NCBI RefSeq assembly: GCF_042660085.1
Contig: NZ_JBHSTI010000008.1
Coordinates: 2,085,604-2,117,603, forward strand
From: Longivirga aurantiaca
GTDB taxonomy: Bacteria; Actinomycetota; Actinomycetes; S36-B12; CAIYMF01
Direction of reading: 5' to 3'
Length of the DNA: 32,000 bases
Part shown: in pieces, positions 1 to 9,140 of the stretch
Layout: every line of letters starts with the position of its first letter
Numbering within the stretch: the stretch's first letter is position 1
Translations under genes and position numbers: made by a program
Notes under the pieces: model-generated
What the model was told of the DNA's origin: nothing
The model's input: only the letters and a program-made list of their open reading frames with translations
The model's database searches: none

Positions 1-597
1 GAGCTGGGAGTCGTCGCCGCCCAGCGCGGCGGCCGCGGCGGCAGCCCCGGCTGCGGCCTGGCCGGCACCGAGCAGGGCGTCCACCGCACCGGGCAACGGG
101 CCGCCCGGGTGCGGTACGCCGGTGAGCGAGGCAGTCCCGCGGTGCACGGCGCGTACGAGGGCGAGCCAGTCGCGGTCCTCGGCGGCGACCCGGCGCACGC
201 CGTCGTCACCGAGCTCGGCGCGCGCGAGCAGGTCGTCGAGCACCGGCAGCACGGCGCTCCTCGGCCCGGCCGCCTCGACGACGGGGAGGAGGTCGAGCAC
301 GAGCCAGCCGTCGTCGGTGGAGGACCGGCGCACGAGCAGCCGGTGCGGCAGGTGCTCGGGCGCACGCCGGAGCACGAAGCCGGTGGCGACGAGCGCGGGC
401 AGCACCCGCGGCAGGTCTGCCTCGCGCACCAGGACGTCGACGTCGCCGCCGGGACGGTCGAGCGCGCCGCGCAGCACGGCCCAGGCGGCGCCGGTGGAGT
501 CGAGCGCGCTGAACGCGGCCACGAGGTCGGGGTGGACGTCGGCAGCACGGTCGGGGCTGGCGACGGGGCCCGCCTCGTCCGACGGCGGAGTGAGCAC
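1..597 (-). CDS. Nucleotidyltransferase-like protein, C-terminus beyond window
   Basis: Minus-strand frame open from GTG at 597 (VLTPPSDEAGPVASPDRAADVHPDLVAAFSALDSTGAAWAVLRGALDRPGGDVDVLVREADLPRVL...) to the window edge. The 'WAVLRG...GGDVDVLV' pattern resembles uncharacterised nucleotidyltransferase-fold proteins. Start overlaps the upstream stop codon (TAGTG). Confidence 0.6.
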   Translation of the reverse strand, partial: MLTPPSDEAGPVASPDRAADVHPDLVAAFSALDSTGAAWAVLRGALDRPGGDVDVLVREADLPRVLPALVATGFVLRRAPEHLPHRLLVRRSSTDDGWLVLDLLPVVEAAGPRSAVLPVLDDLLARAELGDDGVRRVAAEDRDWLALVRAVHRGTASLTGVPHPGGPLPGAVDALLGAGQAAAGAAAAAAALGGDDSQL

Positions 598-3197
598 TAC
601 GACAGGACCTCGATCGCGTTGACCTGAGGGTTGTCGAGCCCGGGGACGCGACCGAACGAGATCACGACGGGGCCGGACGTGGTCACCGTGAACTCGCGGA
701 CGACGCCGCGCCTGGCACCGCCGGCCGCCGCGAAGATGTCGAACCGCGTCAGCACCTTCGTGCCGTTGATGCTCACGTCGAACGCGCGCTTGCCCGCAGC
801 AGTCCAGTAGTTCTCCGAGAAGTAGAGGCGCACCGTGTAGGTGCCGGCCTGCGGCACGGGCATGGTCCACACCATGTCCTTGCCGCCCGACACGTCGTAC
901 CGGTACGTCTGGAAGAGCGCGGCCGGCGTGCCCGCGGGCACGGACGGGTCGGAGACGTTGATGGCCGACGTCGTCGACCCCGTCTTGAGCTTGGCCGCGG
1001 CGGTGTTCGCCCAGGACGAGGGCGACGACGAGGTGTCGGCCAGCCAGCCGCCGGACAGCGCCGCGCCACCGGCGTTCACGCGGTCGATGGGCGTGCCGCT
1101 CGTGAGCGGCGGGCTCACGACGACCGTGCGCGAGGCGGAGGTCGAGCCTCCGGAGTTGGTCGCCGTGAGCGTGACCACGTACGAACCGGCCGCGGTGAAG
1201 GTGTACGAGGGGTTGCGGCTCGTGCTGGTGCCGCCGTCGCCGAAGTCCCATGCCCACGAGGTCGGGGCGCCCGTGGACGTGTCGGTGAACGAGACCGTCA
1301 CCGGAGCAGTGCCCGACGTGGTCGAGGCCGTGAACGACGCGGTCGGCGGCGTCACGACGGGCTCGGACACCACGATGGTCGCGGACGCCGACGTCGAGCC
1401 GCCCGCGTTGGTCGCTGTGAGCGTGACGGTGTACGTGCCCGGCGTGGAGTAGGTGTGCGCCGGGCTTGCGACGGTGCTGGTGCCGCCGTCGCCGAAGTCC
1501 CACGCCCACGACGTGGGCGCACCGGCGGAGGTGTCGGTGAAGGACACCGTGACCGGCGCGGTGCCCGAGGTGGTGGACGACGTGAACGACGCCGTGGGCG
1601 CGGTGACCGAGGCGGTCGTGACGACGACGGTCGTGGACGCCGACGTGGAGCCGCCGTCGTTGGTCGCGGTCAGCGTGACGGTGTACGTGCCGGGATCGGC
1701 GAAGAGGTGCGACGGGTTCTGCGCGGTGCTGGTGCCGCCGTCCCCGAACGACCACGACCACGACGTGGGACCGCCCGTGGACGTGTCGGTGAACGAGACA
1801 CCGAGCGGCGCCGCACCCGTGGTGGCCGACGGCGTGAACGACGCGGTCGGAGCGGTCGGGGCGGCGGAGCCGGAGTCGGCGTACCAGTAGCGCGGCGAGA
1901 TCTCCGTCGCAGCGAGCACAACGACCCCCGAGGTCGCCGTCGCCGGCTGCTTGCTCGAGGTCGCGTTGTTCATCGTCGCGTTCGCGACGTCGCGCAGCAC
2001 CGGCGTGCCCGCCGACGGGAAGGTGAGCGTGGAGAGCGACGCCGTCTTCTCGTAGACCGTGCCCTCGTACGCCACGACGCCTGCGGTCGAGGGGGCGGTG
2101 TAGAAGACGTGCACGAGGTCGGTGCCAGGCTCGACGACCACCATCGGCCGGGTCGCGGACTCGGCGACCGTGGCCACCGTCGCGGTCGCCCAGGTGCCGG
2201 TGGCCGGCGTGTAGACCGCAGCGAGCAGGAGCGGGTCGGTCTGGATCGGCACGGACGAGTCGTTGCGACTGGTCTTCAGCACCACGACCACGCGCCCTGC
2301 GGCGTCGCCCGGGAGCGCCCGCAGGCTGAGGTGGTCGTCGGACATGAGCGGGCCGGAGGCGACGAGCGCCGCGGTCCACGTGCTGCCGGCGTCGGTGCGG
2401 CGGGCCGACCACGTCTGCCCCGTGACCTGGTTGCTCCACGCCAGGGTCGTGACGCCGTCCGCCGACACGATGGTCGAGATGTCGTCCGAGCTGAGGGTGG
2501 TCGCGGCCGTGGACTCGGTGGCCGTCAGGTTGCTCATCGCGGGGATGAAGCTGGTGTTGAACGCGACCGACGGCGCGTCGGCCGAGCCGGAGGTCTGCGC
2601 GAGGTAGACGCGCTTGTTGAGCGTCCACGTGGCCCAGATGCGGCCGGAGTCGGTCTGCGCGATCGTCAGCGACTCCGACGAGCGCCCTGAGATGACCACC
2701 GGGAAGCCGGCGTCAGGGGTCCACGCCGTGCCGTCCCACGAGTACCGGAACAGCCGCGCGGGCTCGAGGGCGGACGTCGTGGTCGAGCTGGACGAGACCG
2801 GGTGCGAGGCCACGAACAGGTGGGTGCCGTTCCACAGCACGTCGGACTGGGTCGCACCGCGGGGATCGAGGTCGACGCCGGTGTCGACCCAGGTGCGCGA
2901 CGCCCGGTCGAGCCGGTGGATGCGGTAGCCGCCGGTGGCGGTGGACGCCATCGACGCCCACCACGAGCCGTGGGCGAACCACAGCTTGCTCTCGGGCTTG
3001 GTGGCGGTCGGGGTGGACGACGCGAAGCCGACGAAGGACTGCGCCGCCGTGCCGTAGTCGCCGGGTGCGGCGCTCGCGGGGGCGGGGAGCGCGACCGAGA
3101 CCACGACGAGGAGCGTCGTGGTCAGCGAGCCGACGACGAGTCCCACGGTCGCGCGCAGACGCGCCGCGGTCCTGGTGGTCGTCCGTCTCCCGTTCAT
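597..3197 (-). CDS. Secreted multi-PKD-domain protein with C-terminal malectin-like domain
   Basis: 866-aa ORF; N-terminal signal sequence (LVVGSLTTTLLVVVSVALPAPASA); three PKD domains (PTSWAWDFGDGGTST...YTVTLTATN); C-terminal 'AGGAALSGGWLADT...YTVRLYFSENYW..AGKRAFDVSINGTKVLTRFDIFAAAGG' malectin-like segment. Confidence 0.85.
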   Translation of the reverse strand: MNGRRTTTRTAARLRATVGLVVGSLTTTLLVVVSVALPAPASAAPGDYGTAAQSFVGFASSTPTATKPESKLWFAHGSWWASMASTATGGYRIHRLDRASRTWVDTGVDLDPRGATQSDVLWNGTHLFVASHPVSSSSTTTSALEPARLFRYSWDGTAWTPDAGFPVVISGRSSESLTIAQTDSGRIWATWTLNKRVYLAQTSGSADAPSVAFNTSFIPAMSNLTATESTAATTLSSDDISTIVSADGVTTLAWSNQVTGQTWSARRTDAGSTWTAALVASGPLMSDDHLSLRALPGDAAGRVVVVLKTSRNDSSVPIQTDPLLLAAVYTPATGTWATATVATVAESATRPMVVVEPGTDLVHVFYTAPSTAGVVAYEGTVYEKTASLSTLTFPSAGTPVLRDVANATMNNATSSKQPATATSGVVVLAATEISPRYWYADSGSAAPTAPTASFTPSATTGAAPLGVSFTDTSTGGPTSWSWSFGDGGTSTAQNPSHLFADPGTYTVTLTATNDGGSTSASTTVVVTTASVTAPTASFTSSTTSGTAPVTVSFTDTSAGAPTSWAWDFGDGGTSTVASPAHTYSTPGTYTVTLTATNAGGSTSASATIVVSEPVVTPPTASFTASTTSGTAPVTVSFTDTSTGAPTSWAWDFGDGGTSTSRNPSYTFTAAGSYVVTLTATNSGGSTSASRTVVVSPPLTSGTPIDRVNAGGAALSGGWLADTSSSPSSWANTAAAKLKTGSTTSAINVSDPSVPAGTPAALFQTYRYDVSGGKDMVWTMPVPQAGTYTVRLYFSENYWTAAGKRAFDVSINGTKVLTRFDIFAAAGGARRGVVREFTVTTSGPVVISFGRVPGLDNPQVNAIEVLS
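1120..1890 (-). repeat. Tandem PKD-coding repeats (about 3 units of about 260-270 bp)
   Basis: Three near-identical segments encoding PxASFTxSxTTGxAPVxVSFTDTSxGxPTSWxWxFGDGGTST...TYTVTLTATNxGGSTSAS. Confidence 0.7.
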
Positions 3198-3259
3198 GCC
3201 GATGACAGACTACGGGGGAAGCCGACCGATTCCTGTGGTCCGAAGGGACGATAAGCACG

Positions 3260-4294
3260 GTGAGTCATGACGATGTCAGCCATTCGGACTACTCGACGGA
3301 CCCGGTCGAATCCGATCGTGTGACGCCTGGGTTGCGCTCTGTGAGCGTGGTGATTCCGACCCGCAACCGACGCGCCCGGATCTCCGCGCTGCTCGACCGC
3401 CTCCTCGCCGACCCGGGCGACCACGAGATCGTCGTGGTAGACGACGGCAGCGCCGACGGCACGCCCGAGATGCTGGCCGAGTACGCGCGCCGCACCGGTC
3501 GCGTCGTGCCCGTCGTCGGCCCGTCCGCGGGCAGCTCCGGCGCGCGTCGCGCCGGTGTCGAGCGCGCCTCGGGCGAGATCCTCGTGCTGCTCGACGACGA
3601 CGTCATGCCCGAGCCGGGCCTCGTGGCCGCGCACGCCGCGCACCACGTCGGCACCGACGACCTGCTGGTGCTCGGCTACATGCCGACCACCGTGCCCGAC
3701 CCCCTCCCCCGCGGTGCCTTCGCGACCCTGCTGTACGCCCAGGAGTACGAGAAGAGCTGCCTCGGCTACGCCAGCGACCCCGACCTCGTGCTGACCGCGC
3801 TCTGGATGGGCAACGTGTCGATGTCGCGCCGTCGCTTCCTCGAGGCCTTCGAGTCCGGCCGCATGCCGAGGTTCACCTTCCGGCACGAGGACCGGATCTT
3901 CGGACTGGTGCTGCGCGACCTCGGCGTCGGCGGCATCTTCGACCGGTCGATCGTCGCCCGGCACGTGCACAGCCGGCCGCTCGAGGCCTTCCTGCGCGAC
4001 TGCTACGAGAACGGCCGCGGGCGCGAGGCGATCCACCGGCTGTACCCCGAGGTGCTCCCTCAGAGCTCCGAGGACGCCTACCTCGACGGTCTTCCCGGCC
4101 CGGCCCGCTCGCTCGTCGCGACGACCCGGCGCGAGCCGGTGCGCCGCGCAGTCGTCGGAGCCCTCAAGGGCGGCATCGTGGCCGCAGGAGCCGTGGGCTC
4201 GCGAGCCGGCGAGATCCAGCTCGCGCGGATCGTGCGCAAGGTCGAGCAGCTCCACGGCGCGCGCGACCTCGACGCCGCGGGGTTCGAGGCCTGA
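3260..4294 (+). CDS. Glycosyltransferase family 2 protein
   Basis: SVSVVIPTRNRRARISALLDRLLADPGDHEIVVVDDGSADGT...ILVLLDDDVMPEPGLVAAH...LWMGNVSMSRRRFLEAFESGRMPRFTFRHEDRIFG. Confidence 0.9.
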   Translation: MSHDDVSHSDYSTDPVESDRVTPGLRSVSVVIPTRNRRARISALLDRLLADPGDHEIVVVDDGSADGTPEMLAEYARRTGRVVPVVGPSAGSSGARRAGVERASGEILVLLDDDVMPEPGLVAAHAAHHVGTDDLLVLGYMPTTVPDPLPRGAFATLLYAQEYEKSCLGYASDPDLVLTALWMGNVSMSRRRFLEAFESGRMPRFTFRHEDRIFGLVLRDLGVGGIFDRSIVARHVHSRPLEAFLRDCYENGRGREAIHRLYPEVLPQSSEDAYLDGLPGPARSLVATTRREPVRRAVVGALKGGIVAAGAVGSRAGEIQLARIVRKVEQLHGARDLDAAGFEA

Positions 4295-4298
4295 GGCC

Positions 4299-6485
4299 TC
4301 AGGCGCGCGCGGTGAAGGCCGCGCTCGCCGGTGACGCGACGCTCCAGCCCGCCCCGTTGTGCGCACGGACCACGCAGCTGTAGCGCGCGCCGGCGACGAG
4401 GGAGCCCACCGTCCGCGTGCGGGGCTGCCCGAAGCCGAGAGTCGGGTCCGAGACGGCGACGTACGCCGTGCGCGTGCTGCCCGGTGCCCTGCAGACCACC
4501 TGGTAGGTGTTGATCGGGAGCCCGCGCGGGTCCGGGACCATCCAGGTGAGCAGCACCTTCCGCCCGGACGGCACGCTGCGCGTGGGCCGGGCGATGCGCA
4601 CGGGCGTCGCGGTCACCACGGCGTCGTACGGGCCGGCGGCCGTCGACGGATGGTCCACGACGTCCGTGCCCGCGCCGTTGCTGGCGGTCAGCGTCACGCG
4701 GTACGTGCCGGCCACGGCGTACTCGTGCACGACCGCCCCTCCCGGCGCGGCGCCCTCGAGCGTCGTGCCGTCGCCGAAGTCCCACGTGATCGAGTCCGGC
4801 TCCCCCGTCGAGGTGTCGGTGAGCTCGAGGGCGAGCACGGACCTGCTCGGCTGCGTCATGGTGAAGCTGGCCACGGGCGGCACGCCCACCGCGATGCTGC
4901 GCGTGACGGTGGACGCCGGGCCGTTGGCGTTGTCGACCGTGAGGCGCACGACCACCGTGCCCGCCCGCGCGTAGGTGTGCGTGGGGTTGCGCTGGGTCGA
5001 CGTCGTACCGTCGCCGAAGTCCCAGCGCCACGACGTCGGGCTGCCCGCGGACCGGTCGGTGAAGGCGAGCTGCCGCGTGCTGCCGCCCAGGACGGTCGCG
5101 CTGGTGAACGCGGCGAGCGCCGGTGCAGCGCTCGAACCGCCGAAGACCCTGTGCCAGTAGCGCGCAGACACCTCGGTGGCCGCGAGGATCACGACGCCCG
5201 ACGTCGACGTCGCGGTCTGCCGCGTCGAGGTCACGTTGTTCATCGTCGCGTTCGTGACGTCGCGCAGCACCGGCGTGCCGGCAGCCGGGAAGACCAGGCC
5301 GGAGATCGTGGAGTCCTTCTCGTAGATCGTCCCCTCGAACCCGGCCCCACCAGCGGTGGACGGCGCGGAGTAGAACACCCGCAGCTCGTCGCTGCCGGGG
5401 CCGATCTCGACGATGGGCCGCGTCGCGGCCTCCGCCACGGTGGCGATGGTCGATGTCGTCCACGCGCCGTCGGCCGGCGTGTAGACCGCCGCCACCAGCA
5501 GCGGACCGTCCGGGAGCGGGAGCGGGGAGTCGTTCAGGCTCGTCTTCACGACCGCCACGACGCGCCGCGCCGGGTCGCCGGGGATCGCCCTCAGGTTGAG
5601 GTGGTCGTCGGACAGGAGCGGCCCCGAGATCACGGGCGTGGCCGTCCAGGTGGCGGCCGCGTCGTCGCGCCGCGCCGACCACGTGGTGCCGGTGACCTGG
5701 TTGCTCCACAGCAGCGTCGTCACGCCGTCGGCCGAGACCACGGTCGAGATGTCGTCGCCGTGCAGGGTCGTGGCTGAGGCCGACTCCGTCGCCGTGAGGT
5801 TGGCCATCGTGGGGATGAACGGCGCACCGAACGAGACCGCGCCCGCGTCGGCCGACCCGGTGGTCTGGGCGAGGAAGAGGCGGCGGCCCTGCGTCCAGGT
5901 GGCCCACATGCGCCCGGCACTCGTCTGCGCGATGGTGAGCGACTCTGCGGACGACGGCGTGATCGTGACGGGGAAGCCCTCATCGGGGGTCCAGGTGGCG
6001 CCGTCCCACGAGTAGCGGAACAGCCGGGCCGGCTGGGCGGTCGAGGTGGCCGTCGAGCTCGACGCGACGGCGTGCGAGGCGACGAACAGGTGCGAGCCGT
6101 TCCACAGGACGTCGGCCCGCGTCGCACCACGGGGGTCGAGGTCGACGCCGGTGTCGACCCACGTGCCCGACGCCCGGTCGAGCCGGTTGATGCGGTAGCC
6201 GCCGGTGGTCGCGGACGCCATCGACGCCCACCACCAGCCGGCCGCGAACCACAGCTTGCTCTGCGGCTTGGCGGCGGTCGGGATCGTGTTGGCGAAGCCC
6301 GCCACCGACGCCCCGCGGGTGCCCAGGTCGCCGGTCGCGGCCCGAGCCGACGACGGGGCGGCGACGAGCGCCGCGGCGGCCAGGGTGACTGCGAGGAGCG
6401 CAGCCATCACCCCGCGCGCACGGGCGTGGATAGAGGTCGGACGATCCGCCAGCACCCACGGCACGGTGGGCGATCCGCCGTCCAT
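4299..6485 (-). CDS. Secreted PKD-domain protein with C-terminal fibronectin-III-like domain; paralog of 597..3197
   Basis: 728-aa ORF with hydrophobic export segment; PKD motifs (SPTSWRWDFGDGTTSTQRNPTHTYARAG; EPDSITWDFGDGTTLEG); C-terminal FN3-like segment (RKVLLTWMVPDPRGLPINTYQVVCR...YSCVVRAHNGAGWS). N-terminal region nearly identical to the first PKD protein. Start could be ATG 6485 or ATG 6407. Confidence 0.83.
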   Translation of the reverse strand: MDGGSPTVPWVLADRPTSIHARARGVMAALLAVTLAAAALVAAPSSARAATGDLGTRGASVAGFANTIPTAAKPQSKLWFAAGWWWASMASATTGGYRINRLDRASGTWVDTGVDLDPRGATRADVLWNGSHLFVASHAVASSSTATSTAQPARLFRYSWDGATWTPDEGFPVTITPSSAESLTIAQTSAGRMWATWTQGRRLFLAQTTGSADAGAVSFGAPFIPTMANLTATESASATTLHGDDISTVVSADGVTTLLWSNQVTGTTWSARRDDAAATWTATPVISGPLLSDDHLNLRAIPGDPARRVVAVVKTSLNDSPLPLPDGPLLVAAVYTPADGAWTTSTIATVAEAATRPIVEIGPGSDELRVFYSAPSTAGGAGFEGTIYEKDSTISGLVFPAAGTPVLRDVTNATMNNVTSTRQTATSTSGVVILAATEVSARYWHRVFGGSSAAPALAAFTSATVLGGSTRQLAFTDRSAGSPTSWRWDFGDGTTSTQRNPTHTYARAGTVVVRLTVDNANGPASTVTRSIAVGVPPVASFTMTQPSRSVLALELTDTSTGEPDSITWDFGDGTTLEGAAPGGAVVHEYAVAGTYRVTLTASNGAGTDVVDHPSTAAGPYDAVVTATPVRIARPTRSVPSGRKVLLTWMVPDPRGLPINTYQVVCRAPGSTRTAYVAVSDPTLGFGQPRTRTVGSLVAGARYSCVVRAHNGAGWSVASPASAAFTARA

Positions 6486-6587
6486 AGAGGAGACGGTACG
6501 TCAGCGACGCCTCGGCGGGGTGGCATCGCCCGACACAGCGACGGGCGCCCTCCCGCAGGAGGACGCCCGTCGTGCTGGTGCGTTCGG

Positions 6588-8936
6588 TCAGGCGCGGGCG
6601 GTGAACGCCGTCGACGGGGCCGACGGGATGTTCCAGCCCTTGGCGTTGTACGCCTTCACGGTGCAGGTGTACGACTTGCCGGCCGTGAGCGACACGACCG
6701 TGGCCGTACGGACCCGGCCGATCTGGGCAATGCCGTCCTTGGCCGTGACCACGGTCGACTTGATGCTCGAGCCCGAGCGGCAGAGCGCCTGGTACTTGGT
6801 GATGACCAGGCCGCGCGGGTTCGGCGCCTTCCACGCCACGACGACCTTCTTGCCGGCGAGGGCCGTGCGGGTCGGCTTGGCGATCTTGGCCGCGGTCGCG
6901 TTCACGGTGAAGTAGTAGACCGAGACGGGCTTGGTCGTCGGGTGGGCCACCCAGTTCGAGCCCACCCCGTTGGTCACCGTGAGCTTGATGCGGTACTTGC
7001 CGGCCTTGGCGTAGGCGTGCCGGACCACCGTGGACCCGACCGGGTAGGTCACCGTGCGGCTCGTGCCGTCGCCGAAGTCCCAGACCGCGGTCTGCGGGGC
7101 GCCGGTGGAGACGTCGGTGAGCTCGAGGAGCAGCCGATGCCGGTCCGGGAACCTGTACGTGAAGCGTGCTGCCGGAGCCTGGCCGACGACGACCGTCTTG
7201 GTGACCGAGTCGGTCGCGAAGCCGTTGTCGACCTCGAGGGTGATCGTCTTGGTGCCCGCCGTGGCGAACGTGTGCGACGGGTTCTCCGCGGTGCTCGTGC
7301 CCTCACCGGGACCGAAGTTCCAGGTCCAGCTGGTCGGCTTGCCGAGCGAGGTGTCGGTGAAGTCGACCGTGAGGCCGTCCGCGTTGCCGACCTCGTCCGG
7401 GATGGTCGAGGTGAACGCCGCCACCGGGGCGCGGAACAGATCGTTGAACCAGTAGCGGCGGGTGATGCTCAGCGGGTTCGCGTTGAGGTTGGCCACCGTG
7501 GTGTCGGTCGCCAGCACCATCGTGCCGTAGGTCCGGTTCACGATCTGCGCCGAGACGGTCGGGTCGGACAGGCCGTCCGGCTTGCTCGTCGTGGCGCCGG
7601 CGGTGTTGGCCGAGTTGGCCATCACGACGTCGGCGGCCGAGGCCTCGAACGCGCCGGAGAGCGGCACGCTCACGTGCTCGATCACGCCGATCACGTTGGT
7701 GTTGAGCGACGGGTCGTCCGGCACCGAGTAGAAGACGTCGACCTTGCGACGGCTGTTGTCGAGCGAGATGACCGGGCGGGTGCCCGCCTGGCCGACGGTG
7801 GTGACCGTGGTGTCGGCTGCGAGGTCGACGTAGCCGGCGTTCTGGTCGGTGAGCGCGGTGCCGCCCGAGCGCGGCTGCAGCTTGAAGACCTGCAACAGCG
7901 GGTCGTTGGGGTCCACCACCCGCGGCGTCACGCCGTCCGGCTCGACGGTGTCGTCGAGCGAGGTCTTCACGACCGCGTACACCGGCGAGGTCAGGCCCGA
8001 GGTCGGGTCGGTGACCAGCGCGAGGTGGTTGTCGGCGCTGTCGGCGCCCGAGGTGAGCCGGGTGCCGAAGAAGTTGCCGGTGCCGAAGCTGTCGCCCACG
8101 CGGTGGCGCGCGACGTAGAAGCCCTCGTTGCCCACGCTCTGGTTGCTGAACATGATGGTGACGAAGCCGTCGGCGGCGGTGATGGCCGAGACGTCGTCGC
8201 TGGTCAGCGTGGTGGAGCCCAGGACGTCCGGCGCGAGCAGCGTGTTCTTGGTCCACTGCACGACGAACGGGGTGACGAAGGTCGGCGGGGTGACGCCGTT
8301 GGCCGTGCCCCTGGTGTTGGTGGCGTACGGGCGACGGTTGTAGGTGTAGGTCGCCATGACCTTGCCGTCGGTCAGCTGCGCGATGGCGAGCGCGGACAGC
8401 CCGCGGCCGACGATGGTGACGGGGAAGTTCTCGTCGAGCACCCAGGTGCCGTCGACGAGCGAGTAGCGCATGAGCTTGGCGTCGTTGTCGGCGCCGGCGG
8501 TGGTCGGGAGGCTCGTGGTGTTGCGCTCGGTCACGACGTGCGTCGCCACGAAGAGCTTGTTGACAGCCCCGTTGTAGAGCGAGTCGGACGACGTGCCGTT
8601 GCGGGAGTCGATGACGACGTTGGTGTCGGTCCACGTCGGCGTGCCGGTCTCGCGGCCGTCGAGCCGGTGGATGCTCGTGCCCGTGCTGCCCTGGTTCTGC
8701 ATCGCGGCCCACCACGTGCCGCCGGCGTACCAGACCTTGTGCTGGTTCTTGGCCGCGGTGGGGGGGGTCGGCAGGGACGACAGCGTGCCGTTGACCTGCA
8801 GCTGCACCTGGCCGCTGTAGCCGACACTGGCGACCGCCTGCGCGACGGTGGGGACGGCGACGACGAGACTGACAGCAAGTGCGGCGGTGACGCCCAGTGC
8901 TGCCAGCGCGCGCCCGCGCCTCAGGACAGTCTTCAT
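6588..8936 (-). CDS. Secreted PKD-domain protein with C-terminal fibronectin-III-like domain; more divergent paralog
   Basis: ATG 8936 preceded by GGAGGAA; MKTVLRRGRALAALGVTAALAVSLVVAVPTVAQA signal; KPTSWTWNFGPGEGTSTAENPSHTFATAG and PQTAVWDFGDGTSRTV PKD motifs; FN3-like C-terminus. Confidence 0.85.
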   Translation of the reverse strand: MKTVLRRGRALAALGVTAALAVSLVVAVPTVAQAVASVGYSGQVQLQVNGTLSSLPTPPTAAKNQHKVWYAGGTWWAAMQNQGSTGTSIHRLDGRETGTPTWTDTNVVIDSRNGTSSDSLYNGAVNKLFVATHVVTERNTTSLPTTAGADNDAKLMRYSLVDGTWVLDENFPVTIVGRGLSALAIAQLTDGKVMATYTYNRRPYATNTRGTANGVTPPTFVTPFVVQWTKNTLLAPDVLGSTTLTSDDVSAITAADGFVTIMFSNQSVGNEGFYVARHRVGDSFGTGNFFGTRLTSGADSADNHLALVTDPTSGLTSPVYAVVKTSLDDTVEPDGVTPRVVDPNDPLLQVFKLQPRSGGTALTDQNAGYVDLAADTTVTTVGQAGTRPVISLDNSRRKVDVFYSVPDDPSLNTNVIGVIEHVSVPLSGAFEASAADVVMANSANTAGATTSKPDGLSDPTVSAQIVNRTYGTMVLATDTTVANLNANPLSITRRYWFNDLFRAPVAAFTSTIPDEVGNADGLTVDFTDTSLGKPTSWTWNFGPGEGTSTAENPSHTFATAGTKTITLEVDNGFATDSVTKTVVVGQAPAARFTYRFPDRHRLLLELTDVSTGAPQTAVWDFGDGTSRTVTYPVGSTVVRHAYAKAGKYRIKLTVTNGVGSNWVAHPTTKPVSVYYFTVNATAAKIAKPTRTALAGKKVVVAWKAPNPRGLVITKYQALCRSGSSIKSTVVTAKDGIAQIGRVRTATVVSLTAGKSYTCTVKAYNAKGWNIPSAPSTAFTARA

Positions 8937-9089
8937 GCGGGGTTCCTCCGTGGTGTGACTCGCCCGCTCGACCACGGACGTCCCGACGATGGTAAGCGCC
9001 AGGTTCACCCGCTGTTTACCCCGTCACCCGTTCGACGCAGCACACCGGCCGAACGGACCTCACGCTCCGACAGGTGGGGGCGCAGGGCG

Positions 9090-9126
9090 AGGGCCCCGCT
9101 GCGCGACGTGAGCGGAGCGGGGCCCT
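9090..9126 (-). terminator. Hairpin downstream of the beta-helix-like gene
   Basis: Perfect 11-bp arms agggccccgct (9090-9100) / agcggggccct (9116-9126), 15-nt loop, just past the stop at 9141. Confidence 0.55.
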
Positions 9127-9140
9127 GACGATGCCGGCGG

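Noticed and set aside
3198-3259. Regulatory palindrome between the first PKD gene and the GT2 gene
   Set aside because: No convincing inverted or direct repeat found by eye in this short divergent spacer.
4078-5907. 609-aa minus-strand ORF
   Set aside because: Out-of-frame shadow of the 4299-6485 PKD gene; no recognisable motifs and skewed Arg/Gly/His content.
6072-9128. 1018-aa plus-strand ORF in the supplied track
   Set aside because: Arg/Gly/Ala/Val-rich mirror translation opposite two clear PKD-domain genes; typical spurious long ORF at very high GC.
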